Assembly (NCBI GenBank): GCA_003210825.1
Contig: QCUF01000002.1
Location: 2,285-66,284 of the forward strand
Direction: 5' to 3'
DNA: 64,000 nucleotides
Source: Prochlorococcus sp. AG-676-P15-1
GTDB taxonomy: Bacteria; Cyanobacteriota; Cyanobacteriia; PCC-6307; Cyanobiaceae
The notes under the pieces were generated by a model. That model was given only the letters and a program-made list of their open reading frames with translations. It did no database searches and was not told where the DNA came from. The number at the start of each line of letters is the position of its first letter. Within the stretch, counting starts at the first letter, position 1. Below are positions 31,162 to 42,068 of the stretch, one piece after another. The position numbers and the translations under genes were made by a program.

Positions 31162-32155
31162 GCTGATTCTTAATAGTTTGATGATCTAAATCTTTTCCTA
31201 TTAGAACAATTTTATTTGATTTTTCATTTTCCCATTCACAATCATCAAGAGAAAAACGTTTACCAGATAAATGAAAAATATGTTTTCTTTCGCTTTCCAT
31301 AAACCATAAAATGCCTTTAGCTCTAAATACATTTTGTGAGATTTGATTATCTAAGAAGTTTTGAAACTTCCTTAAAGAAAATGGTTCCTTCGTCGTAAAA
31401 GAAACAGATGTGAATCCCTCTATATTATTTATAAAATCATGAGAATGGGAAGAGTGATCATGAGAATGGGAAGAGTGATCATGAGAATGGGAAGAGTGAT
31501 CATGAGAATCTTGATTCCTAATCATCTTCTCTTTAAATTGAAAAGTATCTGTTTCGAAAAGTCCCACACTCATAATTGTTTGCAAACCAACTTCACTATT
31601 AATTGATCTCAGAATTCTTGGCTCTTTTTTAATATTATTAATGTGGAGCTCTATTTTTTTTAAATGTGTATCAGTTACTAAATCACATTTATTTAGTAAC
31701 AAAATATCACCATATAAAATTTGTGAATAGGCAACACTAGAGTTTTTTAAATCAAAATCAAAGTTATCTGCATCAATAATAGTAATAATCGAATCTAATC
31801 TTACTTTTTCTCTAAGATCACCCCCTGCAAAAGTCATTGCTACAGGTAGTGGATCTGCAAGTCCAGTAGTCTCAACAATTAAATAATCTATTTTTTCAGG
31901 TCTATCTAATATCTTAGAAACAGTGTTTAATAATTCTCCGTTTATTGTGCAACAAATGCATCCGTTATTTAATTCGATCATATCTTCAGCAGTTTTTATA
32001 ATTAATTCATTATCGATACCTATCTCTCCAAATTCATTAACTAAAACAGCCGTTTTAATCCCAACTTGATTTTTTAAAATGTGATTTAAAAGTGTAGTTT
32101 TACCTGAACCCAAAAATCCACTAATAATAGTAATAGGGAGTAAATTTTCAGCCAT
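31133..32155 (-). CDS. COG0523/CobW family G3E metallochaperone GTPase
   Basis: GFLGSGKTT, NEFGE, GCICC, ETTGLADP, NKCD, His-rich linker, RAKG. Confidence 0.93.
   Translation of the reverse strand: MAENLLPITIISGFLGSGKTTLLNHILKNQVGIKTAVLVNEFGEIGIDNELIIKTAEDMIELNNGCICCTINGELLNTVSKILDRPEKIDYLIVETTGLADPLPVAMTFAGGDLREKVRLDSIITIIDADNFDFDLKNSSVAYSQILYGDILLLNKCDLVTDTHLKKIELHINNIKKEPRILRSINSEVGLQTIMSVGLFETDTFQFKEKMIRNQDSHDHSSHSHDHSSHSHDHSSHSHDFINNIEGFTSVSFTTKEPFSLRKFQNFLDNQISQNVFRAKGILWFMESERKHIFHLSGKRFSLDDCEWENEKSNKIVLIGKDLDHQTIKNQLACCRFNYR
31436..31509. repeat. Perfect 21-bp tandem repeat, 3.5 copies, encoding the His-rich linker (HSSHSHD)n
   Basis: ATCATGAGAATGGGAAGAGTG at 31436, 31457 and 31478, plus an 11-bp partial copy at 31499. 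Confidence 0.95.
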
Positions 32156-32199
32156 TTTGAAGATTATTTTGAAACTTATATAGTTTTATGAATTGTAAA

Positions 32200-32490
32200 T
32201 TATTTTTTGAAAATTTCATTAATTTCTGAGGCGATTGTTTGATCTAAATTTGTAATGCCGCCTAAATCATGAGTACTTAGTTTAATTATTACTTTTGAAT
32301 AGACATTTTCCCAATTAGGATGATGGTTATGTTTCTCGCAAATTAAAGCAATCTTTGTCATAAAGGAAAAGGCTTCTATAAAATTACTAAAATTAAATTC
32401 TCTTTCAATATGATTTGTCATAATTCTCCATCCTTCTATTTTTGCAGATAGTTCTTTTAATTCCTCATTCTCTAAAAGGTATGGTTTCAT
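32200..32490 (-). CDS. phhB: Pterin-4-alpha-carbinolamine dehydratase
   Basis: F.F.NF..AF.FM, EKHNHHPNW, LSTHDLGGIT.LD. Confidence 0.9.
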   Translation of the reverse strand: MKPYLLENEELKELSAKIEGWRIMTNHIEREFNFSNFIEAFSFMTKIALICEKHNHHPNWENVYSKVIIKLSTHDLGGITNLDQTIASEINEIFKK

Positions 32491-32496
32491 AACTAT

Positions 32497-32982
32497 TTAT
32501 TGTGACTGTTTACTATTATAGATACTTGATTTTTTTTCCCCAATAATATGAACACTTATACTTCTTTTTTTTGTACTAAATCGATGTTCCCATAAATAAA
32601 TTGCTTGCCAAGTACCAAGTATGAGTCTCCCTTTTTGAAAGCTTAAAGACAAATTAGTATTTGTTAAAGCAGTTTTAATATGAGCTGGCATATCGTCCTC
32701 TCCTTCTTGAAAATGTTCATAATATATCTCCTCTCTTTCTTTTGATAACGAGGTATAACAGTTGTAAGGAACTATAGATTTAATAAACTTTTCTAGATCT
32801 TTAAGAACATTTGGATCTGCATTTTCATTAATAGTCAAACTACAACTTGTGTGTAGTGAGGTTAAGCAAAAAATTCCTGAATCAAAATTACTTTTTTGTA
32901 TGAATAAATTTAAATCATCAGTAATATCAGTGAACCCCTCCCCTTTGGTTATAAAGTTTAATTTTGAGAAAATTTGTTCCAT
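32497..32982 (-). CDS. yjbQ: YjbQ/UPF0047 family protein
   Basis: HTSCSLTINENADPNV..DL, EG.DDMPAHIK, LGTWQAIYLWEHR. Confidence 0.92.
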   Translation of the reverse strand: MEQIFSKLNFITKGEGFTDITDDLNLFIQKSNFDSGIFCLTSLHTSCSLTINENADPNVLKDLEKFIKSIVPYNCYTSLSKEREEIYYEHFQEGEDDMPAHIKTALTNTNLSLSFQKGRLILGTWQAIYLWEHRFSTKKRSISVHIIGEKKSSIYNSKQSQ

Positions 32983-33092
32983 AAATATTTAAAGTCCTAA
33001 TAAGCAATATCCTATTATGAATATAGTTTGAAAAATTTATACTTAGGACAATATTTTTGTCTTAAAATAATAGATAATCAAATTAAATATTT

Positions 33093-34598
33093 TTGTCTGA
33101 AAAAGAATGGAATAAGCTTGGAGCTTATTTAAAAGAAACTCAAATATTAGGCTCAATACAGAGTACTCTTTATTGGGATCAAAATACGGGTATGCCCAAG
33201 AAAGGAGCGTCTTGGAGATCTGAACAATTTACGTATATCGCAAAAATACTGCATGAGAGAAATTCCTCTGAAGAGTTTTCAGATTTAATTAAAGCTGCTC
33301 AGGATGAGTTTAGAGGTGGCTTAGAGAAATCATTAAATCAAGAAATTATTCGAAGTAAAAAAAGAAACCTTGAATTATTAATCAAGGAATTTAATAGGCA
33401 AAAAAATTTAGATCCTAAACTAGTTGAAGCACTTGCTAAAGCTAAATCAAAAGGTTATGAAAGTTGGCAAGAAGCTAAAAGAAAATCCGATTTCGAGATT
33501 TTCTTACCAATTTTTAAAAATTTGATCGAATTACGTATTGAAGAGACAAAACAAATATTAGATAAATACACACCTTGGGAAACTTTAGCTCAGCCTTTTG
33601 AGCCGGATTTAACTCTGGAGTGGTTAAATAAAATTTTCCAGCCAATTAAAGAAACTATCCCATCTCTAATAAGTGATCTCAATAAATCAGAAAAGTACCA
33701 CTGGGATTTAAGTCCTAAATCTCAGCAAAATTTATGTTCTAAATTACTTGATGAGTTTGGGAGAGATGAAGATCTAGTAGTTGTTGCAAAATCTCCCCAT
33801 CCTTTTTCTATTACTTTAGGTCCAGATGACTATAGGATTACTACTAGAGTTGTAGAAGGGGAACCCTTATCAAGTTTTCTAGCTACTGCGCATGAGTGGG
33901 GACATTCGATTTATGAGCAGGGTTTGCCATCTCAGACTCATCAATGGTTTGCATGGCCTCTGGGTCAAGCAACATCAATGGGTGTTCATGAAAGCCAATC
34001 TTTATTTTGGGAAAATAGGATAGTTAAATCAAAATCTTTCTCTAAAAGATTTTTCAAACATTTTGTTTCTGAGGGTTGTTCTTTAAAAAACCATTTAGAA
34101 CTTTGGAAATCTATTAACCATTTGAAAGCAGGTTTAAATAGAGTTGAGGCAGATGAATTAAGCTATGGGTTGCATATTTTAATAAGAACTGAACTTGAAA
34201 TAGATTTAATTGAAGGAGGTTTAGAAGCGAAAGATGTTCCATCAGAATGGAACAAAAGATATGAGGAACTTTTAGGGATTAGACCATCGAATGATGCTGA
34301 GGGTTGTTTGCAAGATGTTCATTGGAGTGAAGGAGCATTTGGATATTTCCCTTCGTACTTATTAGGTCATCTTATAAGTGCACAAATCTCTTCGCAAATG
34401 GAAAAGGAAATAGGATTAATTGATAATTTAGTTGAAGATGGAGAATATGAAAAAATAATTTTATGGTTAAAAAATAATATTCACAATTATGGAAGATCTG
34501 TTAACTCTATGAAACTAGTGAGAAATGTCACTGGAGAAGAACTAACATCAAAGTACTTTATTAATCATTTGAGATCGAAAATAAAAGATTTCTGCTAA
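33093..34598 (+). CDS. Carboxypeptidase Taq (M32) family
   Basis: WDQ.T.MP, HPF, RITTR, HEWGH (HExxH), HESQSLFWEN, RVEADE, GCLQDVHW, GYFPSY. Confidence 0.95.
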   Translation: MSEKEWNKLGAYLKETQILGSIQSTLYWDQNTGMPKKGASWRSEQFTYIAKILHERNSSEEFSDLIKAAQDEFRGGLEKSLNQEIIRSKKRNLELLIKEFNRQKNLDPKLVEALAKAKSKGYESWQEAKRKSDFEIFLPIFKNLIELRIEETKQILDKYTPWETLAQPFEPDLTLEWLNKIFQPIKETIPSLISDLNKSEKYHWDLSPKSQQNLCSKLLDEFGRDEDLVVVAKSPHPFSITLGPDDYRITTRVVEGEPLSSFLATAHEWGHSIYEQGLPSQTHQWFAWPLGQATSMGVHESQSLFWENRIVKSKSFSKRFFKHFVSEGCSLKNHLELWKSINHLKAGLNRVEADELSYGLHILIRTELEIDLIEGGLEAKDVPSEWNKRYEELLGIRPSNDAEGCLQDVHWSEGAFGYFPSYLLGHLISAQISSQMEKEIGLIDNLVEDGEYEKIILWLKNNIHNYGRSVNSMKLVRNVTGEELTSKYFINHLRSKIKDFC

Positions 34599-34657
34599 AA
34601 ATTTACGTTTTAGAATTTGATTGAGTGTGAGGATGTAGGATAAATAAAAATAATTTT

Positions 34658-35248
34658 TTGATGGCAAACCTTAATCAACCCCCAAGTAGAGTTACACCAA
34701 ATTTATTGCATATTTTAGATGCTTTTACAGACAATACAAAATCAATCGTTAATACAATTGTTGAGTTAAATTCTAATACTATAAATAAGTATGAATTAAT
34801 TACTGAAACGGGACATTTGAAACTTGATAGAGTTGGTTATTCATCACTCGCATACCCTTTTGCTTATGGATGTATTCCAAGAACTTGGGATGAGGATGGT
34901 GATCCTCTTGATATTGAAATAGTTGGTGTTACAGAACCACTAGTGCCAGGCTCAATCGTAGAGTCAAGGATAATTGGAGTAATGAAATTTGATGATGGAG
35001 GAGAAGTTGATGACAAAGTAATTGCTGTCTTATCAGATGATAAGAGAATGGATCATATTCATACTTTTGAGGATCTTGGGAAACATTGGCTTAACGAGAC
35101 CAAGTATTATTGGGAACATTACAAAGATCTAAAAAAACCAGGGACATGTACTGTTAATGGCTTTTATGGAATTGAAGAAGCTGTAAAAGTAATTCAAGAT
35201 TGTGAATCTAGATACCAAAAAGAAATTGATCCTAAATTAGTTGATTAA
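34658..35248 (+). CDS. ppa: Family I inorganic pyrophosphatase (catalytic motifs intact)
   Basis: NKYE, LDR, YG.IP.T, DGDPLD, D..EVDDKVIAV, EHYKDL. Confidence 0.93.
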   Translation: MMANLNQPPSRVTPNLLHILDAFTDNTKSIVNTIVELNSNTINKYELITETGHLKLDRVGYSSLAYPFAYGCIPRTWDEDGDPLDIEIVGVTEPLVPGSIVESRIIGVMKFDDGGEVDDKVIAVLSDDKRMDHIHTFEDLGKHWLNETKYYWEHYKDLKKPGTCTVNGFYGIEEAVKVIQDCESRYQKEIDPKLVD

Positions 35249-35253
35249 CAAAA

Positions 35254-36204
35254 TTACTTCTCTCTAAATTGTTCAAATATTTCCGAAAGAATTTTATCAG
35301 CCCCCTGTAGTTTTAGCTTTTCAGCTAATTTCTTACCAACTTCCTCTGGATATTTAATATTTCCTATCGATTCATCTTTAATAAGTCTTTTCCCATCAAT
35401 AGATGCGACCATTCCTATTAGGGCTATTTCATCATTTTGAATACTACTATTAACTCCTATAGGAACTTGACATCCCCCTTCAAGTTCTCTTAAAAAAGAT
35501 CTTTCTGCTAAACATCTTTGGCTCGAGACCTTATCTTCTAGTACACTTATAATTTTAAGAACTTCTTTATCATCAGATTTACATTCAATTCCTAAAGCAC
35601 CTTGGCCAACGGCATGAAGAGAAATCTCATTAGGAATAATTTGGTGAATTCTTGATTCAAATCCTAATCTTTTTAAACCCGCTGCAGCTAGAATAATACA
35701 GTCAAATTCTCCTGAATCTAGTTTTTCTATTCTTGTAATAACGTTCCCCCTAATATCTTTGAAGTCAAGATGCGGAAATTTATTTCTTAATTGAGCAAGT
35801 CTCCTTAAGGAACTTGTTCCAACGATTGAACCTGGAGGCAAACTTTCTAATTGATAAATTTTATTTTTTTTGTTAACTACTAAAGCATCTGAAGGGTCTT
35901 CTCTTTTTGTAACACATCCTAATGTAAGTCCATTAGGTAGATTAGTAGGCAAATCTTTCAAGGAATGCACTGCAATATCTGCATGGCCCACAAGCATTTG
36001 AGCTTCTAGTTCTTTTGTGAAAAGTCCTTTATCTCCTATTTTGGCTAAGGCGACATCAAGAATTTTGTCACCTTGAGTTGCCATGGCCTCTATCGATACT
36101 TCCAAGTCAGGAATATTTTTTTCTAGTTGCTCTTTAACCCATAATGTTTGAACCATAGCTAATTTACTTCTTCTACTAGCTATCTTTAATTTAAATTTAG
36201 TCAT
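35254..36204 (-). CDS. hemC: Porphobilinogen deaminase
   Basis: [49 protein letters not shown]. Confidence 0.98.
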   Translation of the reverse strand: MTKFKLKIASRRSKLAMVQTLWVKEQLEKNIPDLEVSIEAMATQGDKILDVALAKIGDKGLFTKELEAQMLVGHADIAVHSLKDLPTNLPNGLTLGCVTKREDPSDALVVNKKNKIYQLESLPPGSIVGTSSLRRLAQLRNKFPHLDFKDIRGNVITRIEKLDSGEFDCIILAAAGLKRLGFESRIHQIIPNEISLHAVGQGALGIECKSDDKEVLKIISVLEDKVSSQRCLAERSFLRELEGGCQVPIGVNSSIQNDEIALIGMVASIDGKRLIKDESIGNIKYPEEVGKKLAEKLKLQGADKILSEIFEQFREK

Positions 36205-36298
36205 TAAATATTGGTTTGATTATTTTAAGATAAAGTCGCATTTATTTTAAACTAATAATTGTTAACTTTTCAAAGCCGAAAAATTATATTTAACTTTT

Positions 36299-37489
36299 TT
36301 ATTTAATATATTCCTTTAGAACACCATTTCTGTTTGGATGTCTTAGCTTTCTCAGAGCTTTTGCTTCTATTTGTCTAATTCTCTCTCTTGTAACATCAAA
36401 AATTTGTCCTATCTCTTCAAGAGTCTTCATCCTTCCATCATCTATTCCATATCGCAGTCTTAGAACATCCCTTTCTCTTGGGCTTAGAGTCGCCAAAACC
36501 CCTTCTAAATCTTCTCTCAATAAAGTCTTAGATACATCTTGTTCTGGATTTTCAATATCAGCCTCTATAAAGTCTCCAAGCCTTGAATCCTCTTCTTTAC
36601 CTATTGGTGTCTCTAACGAAATTGGAAGCTGAGCACTTTTAGCTATAAATCTTAATTTTTCAATTGTCATTTCCATACTCTCAGCTATTTCTTCTTCGCT
36701 AGGCTTTCTCCCAAACTCTTGACTAAGAACTTTTGTTGTTTTTTTTATTCTAGAAATTGTTTCATATAAGTGAACAGGCAATCTAATCGTTCTACTTTGA
36801 TCTGCTATCGCTCGTGTTATTGCTTGACGAATCCACCAAGTAGCATAAGTAGAAAATTTATAACCTTTTTCATGGTCAAATTTTTCTGCAGCTCTGATTA
36901 AACCCAAGCTTCCTTCTTGTATTAAATCTTGAAAAGATAGCCCTCTATTCATATATTTCTTAGCAATAGAGACAACTAATCTTAAATTAGATTGAACCAT
37001 CTTCTCTTTAGCTCTTCTACCCAAGAGAAGTCTTCTTCTGAATTTAGAGAGGGGCATTTCGATTAATTCAGCCCATTCTCTCACTGAAGGGAAATGTCCT
37101 TTCTCAGACTCGTATTGTGTAGCTAACTCTTCAAGTTGGAGTAGATCAGCTATTTTTCTAGCAAGTTCAATTTCTTCATCAGGTCTTAATAATCTAATTC
37201 TTCCAATTTCCTGAAGATAAACTCTTATAGAATCTTCTGTGTATATTCCCTTTGGTCCAAGCTTTACGTTACCAATAGCTTTGGCCTCTTCATCAGAACC
37301 ATTAAATTCATCATTATTTTCAATACTGCCTTCATCATTAAGTGTCTTTTGTTTCGAGTTTTGAATAGGATCTTGATTCTTGATACTTTCTTCTTCTCGA
37401 TCGTTTTTAAAATTTGAATCAATTTTTTTATTAATTTTTTTCTTGGAACTAGGATTAGAACTTTTTGATTCTGTTGCGGCTGGACACAT
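36299..37489 (-). CDS. rpoD: Principal RNA polymerase sigma factor SigA/RpoD
   Basis: [69 protein letters not shown]. Confidence 0.97.
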   Translation of the reverse strand: MCPAATESKSSNPSSKKKINKKIDSNFKNDREEESIKNQDPIQNSKQKTLNDEGSIENNDEFNGSDEEAKAIGNVKLGPKGIYTEDSIRVYLQEIGRIRLLRPDEEIELARKIADLLQLEELATQYESEKGHFPSVREWAELIEMPLSKFRRRLLLGRRAKEKMVQSNLRLVVSIAKKYMNRGLSFQDLIQEGSLGLIRAAEKFDHEKGYKFSTYATWWIRQAITRAIADQSRTIRLPVHLYETISRIKKTTKVLSQEFGRKPSEEEIAESMEMTIEKLRFIAKSAQLPISLETPIGKEEDSRLGDFIEADIENPEQDVSKTLLREDLEGVLATLSPRERDVLRLRYGIDDGRMKTLEEIGQIFDVTRERIRQIEAKALRKLRHPNRNGVLKEYIK

Positions 37490-37495
37490 AATGGA

Positions 37496-37501
37496 CTCCT
37501 T
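37496..37501 (-). promoter_or_regulatory. Shine-Dalgarno sequence of rpoD
   Basis: AAGGAG on the minus strand, 6 nt before the ATG at 37489. Confidence 0.65.
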
Positions 37502-37816
37502 TCTACGGTGAATTTAACTAGGCAAAAATTTAATTAAGACGAATTTATACACTTAGTAGTAAAGTCTGCCTTAAAGATTAGAAGAACTAACTCACAAAAA
37601 TTGTGTTTAGATAAAGTTTTTTTTAAATTGTTGAAAAATTTAAATAGTGTTATAGATTACCTAAAGTAAAAAGTCTTAGGATTTCTCAGACTGGCAGATC
37701 AATTTCTGAATTTTAATTCAATGATCAAAGCTTCATGTCTCCCTTAAAAACAGAATACTTAAAATGTGCAAAAGCACTTTGTGTAATGTTCAACAATCCA
37801 ATACTAAGAAAAAGTT

Positions 37817-40093
37817 TTGATGCCGGCAAGTAATAATTTATCAAATACCTTTTATAAGTTTGACATCCTGCTTGATATAGGTAGTCATACCAATACTTTT
37901 TCTTATTTAGATGGGGATAATCTCGGAGTTGAAATTGGAGATATTGTTTCAGTAAGACTTAAGGGAAGACTCTTGAATGGGCTAACGATTTCTAAAAGTC
38001 CTTTTTTAAAGACAGATAAAAATAAAAAATATTTTGATGAAGAATCTAATTTTGAATATTTATCTATACAAAGTATTGTCCAAAAAAAAGTGATTCAAGA
38101 TTGGTGGAGAGAATGGTTGGAGGAGCTAGCTTTATTTTATCGGGTAACTAGTTTAAAAATGTTTAAAACAGCTTTCCCCCCTGGATGGATTGGTAAACAT
38201 AAAAAATTATCTCAAAATTTTAAATATCAAATATGGATCGAATCTCAAATAGATTTGGAATTCAATAACGATGACTTAACAAAGAGAGAACTTTCATTAA
38301 TAAATATTTTGCGTCTTAAAGGGAAATGGCAAAGCGAATTATTAAGGTTTGGTTTTAATTCCACAATTATAAATTCAATGGTGAGTAAAAAACTACTAAT
38401 AAAGACTAAAAGAAAAAAAATAGTTAGTACCAAATTAAGTTCTTTTAAAAATGATTGTATTAAATTAAAAAGACCAAATCTTACTCAGGAACAAAAAAAT
38501 ATATATGGGAAAATGCAAGAGATGCAACCCGGAGATGTCTGTTTGCTATGGGGAGAAACAGGTTCAGGAAAAACAGAAATTTATATGAGAATGGCTGAAG
38601 ATCAACTAAATAATAAAAAGAGCTGTTTAATACTTGCTCCAGAAATTGGCTTAATTCCTCAACTTATTGATAGATTCAGTAAAAGATTTCAAAATGAGGT
38701 TTTTGAATATCACAGTAATTGTTCTTCGAGGCATAGAACTTTAGTTTGGAAAAAGATAATAGATGAGGATGAACCTCTTATAGTTATTGGGACAAGGTCC
38801 GCAGTATTCCTTCCTATACAGAATTTAGGCTTAATAATTATGGATGAAGAACATGACGTTTCATATAAACAAGACAGCCCAATGCCTTGTTACGATGCGA
38901 GGGATGTCGCTCTTGAAAGAGTAAAAAGAAATCCAGCAAAGCTAATTTTCGGAAGTGCAACTCCATCCATGAGAACTTGGAAACGAGTTGTTTTTGAAAA
39001 AAAGTTAAAGATGCTGAGAATGAAAGAAAGGATATCTCGTACTGAAATACCGGAAATTAAAGTTGTTGATATGCGTTGTGAATTTAAAAAGGGAAATACA
39101 AAAATCTTTTGTGGTGAATTATTAGAATTAATTTCTCAGCTTAAAGAGAATCAGGAACAAGCAATAGTTTTGATCCCTAGAAGAGGTTATAACGGGTTTC
39201 TTAGTTGTAGAAATTGCGGATTTATAATTAATTGCCCTAATTGTGATGTACCTTTATCTGTTCATGTAGGCTCAAAAGGTAAAAGGTGGCTCAGCTGTCA
39301 CTGGTGTGATCATAAAGCAAAACTTATCAACTCCTGCCCAGATTGTGAATCAAATGCCTTTAAGCCTTTTGGTATTGGAACACAAAGGGTTATTGAGTTC
39401 TTGAATAATGAATTTCCTGAACTGAGGGTACTTCGTTTTGATAGAGACACTACCTCAGGTAAAGATGGTCATAGAAATATTCTTTCAAAGTTTTCTAATG
39501 GAAATGCAGATATTCTTGTAGGGACTCAAATGTTAGCAAAAGGCATAGATATACCTAATGTTACTCTCTCAGTGGTGATAGCTGCAGATGGATTACTTCA
39601 CCGCCCAGATATTTCAGCAGAAGAAAAGTCATTACAATTATTTCTACAATTAGCCGGCAGAGCAGGTAGAGCTAAAAAATCAGGAAAGGTTATTTTTCAA
39701 ACGTATAAACCAAGTCATCCTGTGCTTTCATATCTCAAAAATAGAAATTATGAGGGATTTTTATCTGAAAGCTCTAAATTAAGAAAAGATGCAAAACTAT
39801 TTCCTTTTTGTAAGGTATGCCTTTTAAAAGTTTCTGGGGCTAACTTCGAACTTACTGAAATAACTGCGGCTAAGCTAGCGAAATATATGATATCTTTTTG
39901 TAAAGATAATAAATGGAAGGTAATTGGTCCTGCTCCAAGTTTAATTGCAAAGGTTGGTAATAAATTTAGATGGCAAATATTAATACATGGCCCAGAAAAT
40001 TCGGAATTCCCATTGCCTGAGAGGTCAAATCTTTGGCAAAAAATTCCCAAAAATGTGTTTTTATCAATTGATCTGAATCCTGTAGAGTTATAG
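37817..40093 (+). CDS. priA: Primosomal protein N'
   Basis: GETGSGKTE, PEIGL.PQ, DEEHD.SYKQ, SATPS, four CxxC pairs, GTQMLAKG, QLAGRAGR. Confidence 0.96.
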   Translation: MMPASNNLSNTFYKFDILLDIGSHTNTFSYLDGDNLGVEIGDIVSVRLKGRLLNGLTISKSPFLKTDKNKKYFDEESNFEYLSIQSIVQKKVIQDWWREWLEELALFYRVTSLKMFKTAFPPGWIGKHKKLSQNFKYQIWIESQIDLEFNNDDLTKRELSLINILRLKGKWQSELLRFGFNSTIINSMVSKKLLIKTKRKKIVSTKLSSFKNDCIKLKRPNLTQEQKNIYGKMQEMQPGDVCLLWGETGSGKTEIYMRMAEDQLNNKKSCLILAPEIGLIPQLIDRFSKRFQNEVFEYHSNCSSRHRTLVWKKIIDEDEPLIVIGTRSAVFLPIQNLGLIIMDEEHDVSYKQDSPMPCYDARDVALERVKRNPAKLIFGSATPSMRTWKRVVFEKKLKMLRMKERISRTEIPEIKVVDMRCEFKKGNTKIFCGELLELISQLKENQEQAIVLIPRRGYNGFLSCRNCGFIINCPNCDVPLSVHVGSKGKRWLSCHWCDHKAKLINSCPDCESNAFKPFGIGTQRVIEFLNNEFPELRVLRFDRDTTSGKDGHRNILSKFSNGNADILVGTQMLAKGIDIPNVTLSVVIAADGLLHRPDISAEEKSLQLFLQLAGRAGRAKKSGKVIFQTYKPSHPVLSYLKNRNYEGFLSESSKLRKDAKLFPFCKVCLLKVSGANFELTEITAAKLAKYMISFCKDNKWKVIGPAPSLIAKVGNKFRWQILIHGPENSEFPLPERSNLWQKIPKNVFLSIDLNPVEL

Positions 40094-41206
40094 CTAATTT
40101 GATGGAAGTTCTGGAAAGTTCGATCCTATTTGGTATCTATAAAACCTTAAAAAATAGGCAATAAATATTAACAATAAAATAATTAAAAATCCTAATAATA
40201 ATTTGTTCCAATTCCAAAATGAGAACTCCAGGCTATTTAATTCTCCAGGGATTAATTGCCACTTTATAAAATTCTTAGATACTTCTACATTAGAATTTTC
40301 TATGTCTTTCACTCTAACTTTATTTGGGTTAATAATATTGAGAGTTAGTTCTAAATCTTCTACATATAAAAGATTTTGAAGATCAAAATCTATCTTGAAG
40401 TTATATTTTTTTAAAAAGAAAAAATTATTTTCAATACTGTCAATTTTTAGATCAGTGGACTCTCCTAAAATTTCACCTGCTATTCTTTGTATTTTAAAAA
40501 GAGTTTCTTGAGCAGTTTCCATACTAAGATTTTTATTTTTAAATGAAAAATCCAATTCCCCTTTTGATATTTCTCCATCAGGAAAAATTTCTTTAATTTT
40601 TTGTTCGAATCTTATTTGCCAAGGAAATTTTTTAATATATTTGCTTTCAATTTCGAAATTATTATTAATTGAGTCAATCTCACTAATATCGAGAGTATCT
40701 TCAACTTTAACGCATCCGCTTAACAGTGGAATTAGTAATAATAATAATAGAGAAATGATAAATATAAATCCTTTCTGAAAAGGCTTTGTTTGACCAGTTG
40801 GAATATTTGATGTATCTATAAACTTTTTTTCTTTCTTCTTCTGATTATTAGGTTTTAAAGATGAAAGAGATGTTTTTTTTAAGGGATTACTTTCAATAGT
40901 AATATTCCAATTCTCAGGTTTTTTAATTTCAGGAGAATCGATAATTTCCATTAAATACCTTGCATTTTCTCGCACTTTATAATCACTTGATTTTAGAAGT
41001 TCTTTGCAAAAATTTTTTGCTTCCTCCTTTTTATTAATACCCGATAGAGCTGTAATTATTAAGGTTCGTAAATTAACTCCTTCTTTACTAGAGGGAGGGT
41101 AAGATTCGATTATTGGGTATAAATATTTAATACAGAAATTATATTCACCTTTAATAAGAGCTAACTCTGCCTTTTCAACAACTTGCTTGTATGAATCCAT
41201 TCTCAA
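40094..41206 (-). CDS. DUF3153-like membrane protein with an N-terminal TPR-like domain
   Basis: Helical N-terminus, internal TM ending [19 protein letters not shown] near the C-terminal TM. Confidence 0.72.
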   Translation of the reverse strand: MRMDSYKQVVEKAELALIKGEYNFCIKYLYPIIESYPPSSKEGVNLRTLIITALSGINKKEEAKNFCKELLKSSDYKVRENARYLMEIIDSPEIKKPENWNITIESNPLKKTSLSSLKPNNQKKKEKKFIDTSNIPTGQTKPFQKGFIFIISLLLLLLIPLLSGCVKVEDTLDISEIDSINNNFEIESKYIKKFPWQIRFEQKIKEIFPDGEISKGELDFSFKNKNLSMETAQETLFKIQRIAGEILGESTDLKIDSIENNFFFLKKYNFKIDFDLQNLLYVEDLELTLNIINPNKVRVKDIENSNVEVSKNFIKWQLIPGELNSLEFSFWNWNKLLLGFLIILLLIFIAYFLRFYRYQIGSNFPELPSN

Positions 41207-42057
41207 GCATTAATCATTGTACCAATGCCTGAATTTGTGAAAATTTCTAGAAGTAATGAATGTTCAATCCTTCCATCAATTATATGGGCAGCTTTTACTC
41301 CTTGAGCCAGGGCTCTAATACAACATTCCGTTTTTGGGAGCATGCCATTAGAAACAATATTGTCTTCAATAAATTTTCTGGCCTCTTTTAGATTGATTTG
41401 TTTTGCGAGACTATTTGGATTATCTCTTTCTTTTAGTATCCCTGGGGTATCAGTTAAAAGGATAAGTTTTTCTGCATTTATTGCAGCAGCAACTTCGCCT
41501 GCTACTAAATCAGCATTGATGTTATGAGAAATGCCATCTGCTGTAGAACCAATACTCGATATAACAGGAATATATCCTTTTGTAATAAGAGGGTCTAATA
41601 ACTCAGGGTTGATTTGTGTGACCTCTCCAACTAATCCATGACTCCCATCTCCTAATTCTCTTGACTGAATTAAGTTGCCATCGAGTCCTGAAATCCCTAC
41701 AGCTAATGAGCCTGTTTTATTGATCCCCCTAACAATCTGTTTATTTACTCTTCCCATAAGCACCATCTCAACTATTTCCATTGTTTTCTCATCTGTAATT
41801 CTTAACCCATTTTCAAATTTTGGTGATATTTCTAATTTATTAAGCCAACGATTGATTTCGGGACCACCCCCATGTATAACGACTGGGCATACCCCAACAC
41901 TTGATAAAAGAGCAATATCTCTGAAGAAAGCTTTTTTTAATTTTTCATCTTCCATAATTGAACCGCCATACTTAACAACAATTTTTCTACCTGAAAAACT
42001 TTGAATGTATGGAAGTGCCTCGCTTAATATAGAAACTCTTAGGGAATCATCCATCAT
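41203..42057 (-). CDS. argB: Acetylglutamate kinase
   Basis: EALPYI, VVKYGG, HGGGPEI, GLRITD, NINAD, LTDTPG, GMLPK, HIIDGR. Confidence 0.97.
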   Translation of the reverse strand: MMDDSLRVSILSEALPYIQSFSGRKIVVKYGGSIMEDEKLKKAFFRDIALLSSVGVCPVVIHGGGPEINRWLNKLEISPKFENGLRITDEKTMEIVEMVLMGRVNKQIVRGINKTGSLAVGISGLDGNLIQSRELGDGSHGLVGEVTQINPELLDPLITKGYIPVISSIGSTADGISHNINADLVAGEVAAAINAEKLILLTDTPGILKERDNPNSLAKQINLKEARKFIEDNIVSNGMLPKTECCIRALAQGVKAAHIIDGRIEHSLLLEIFTNSGIGTMINA

Positions 42058-42068
42058 GAAAAGAATAT

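Noticed and set aside
31436-31509. Repeat considered as a CRISPR array
   Set aside because: Head-to-tail copies without spacers, in frame within a CDS, and no cas genes.
6036-40050. Short antisense ORFs (6036, 7928, 9353, 10134, 17130, 20264, 21905, 24999, 29747, 30419, 38245, 39748)
   Set aside because: They overlap confident genes on the other strand, with no independent coding evidence.
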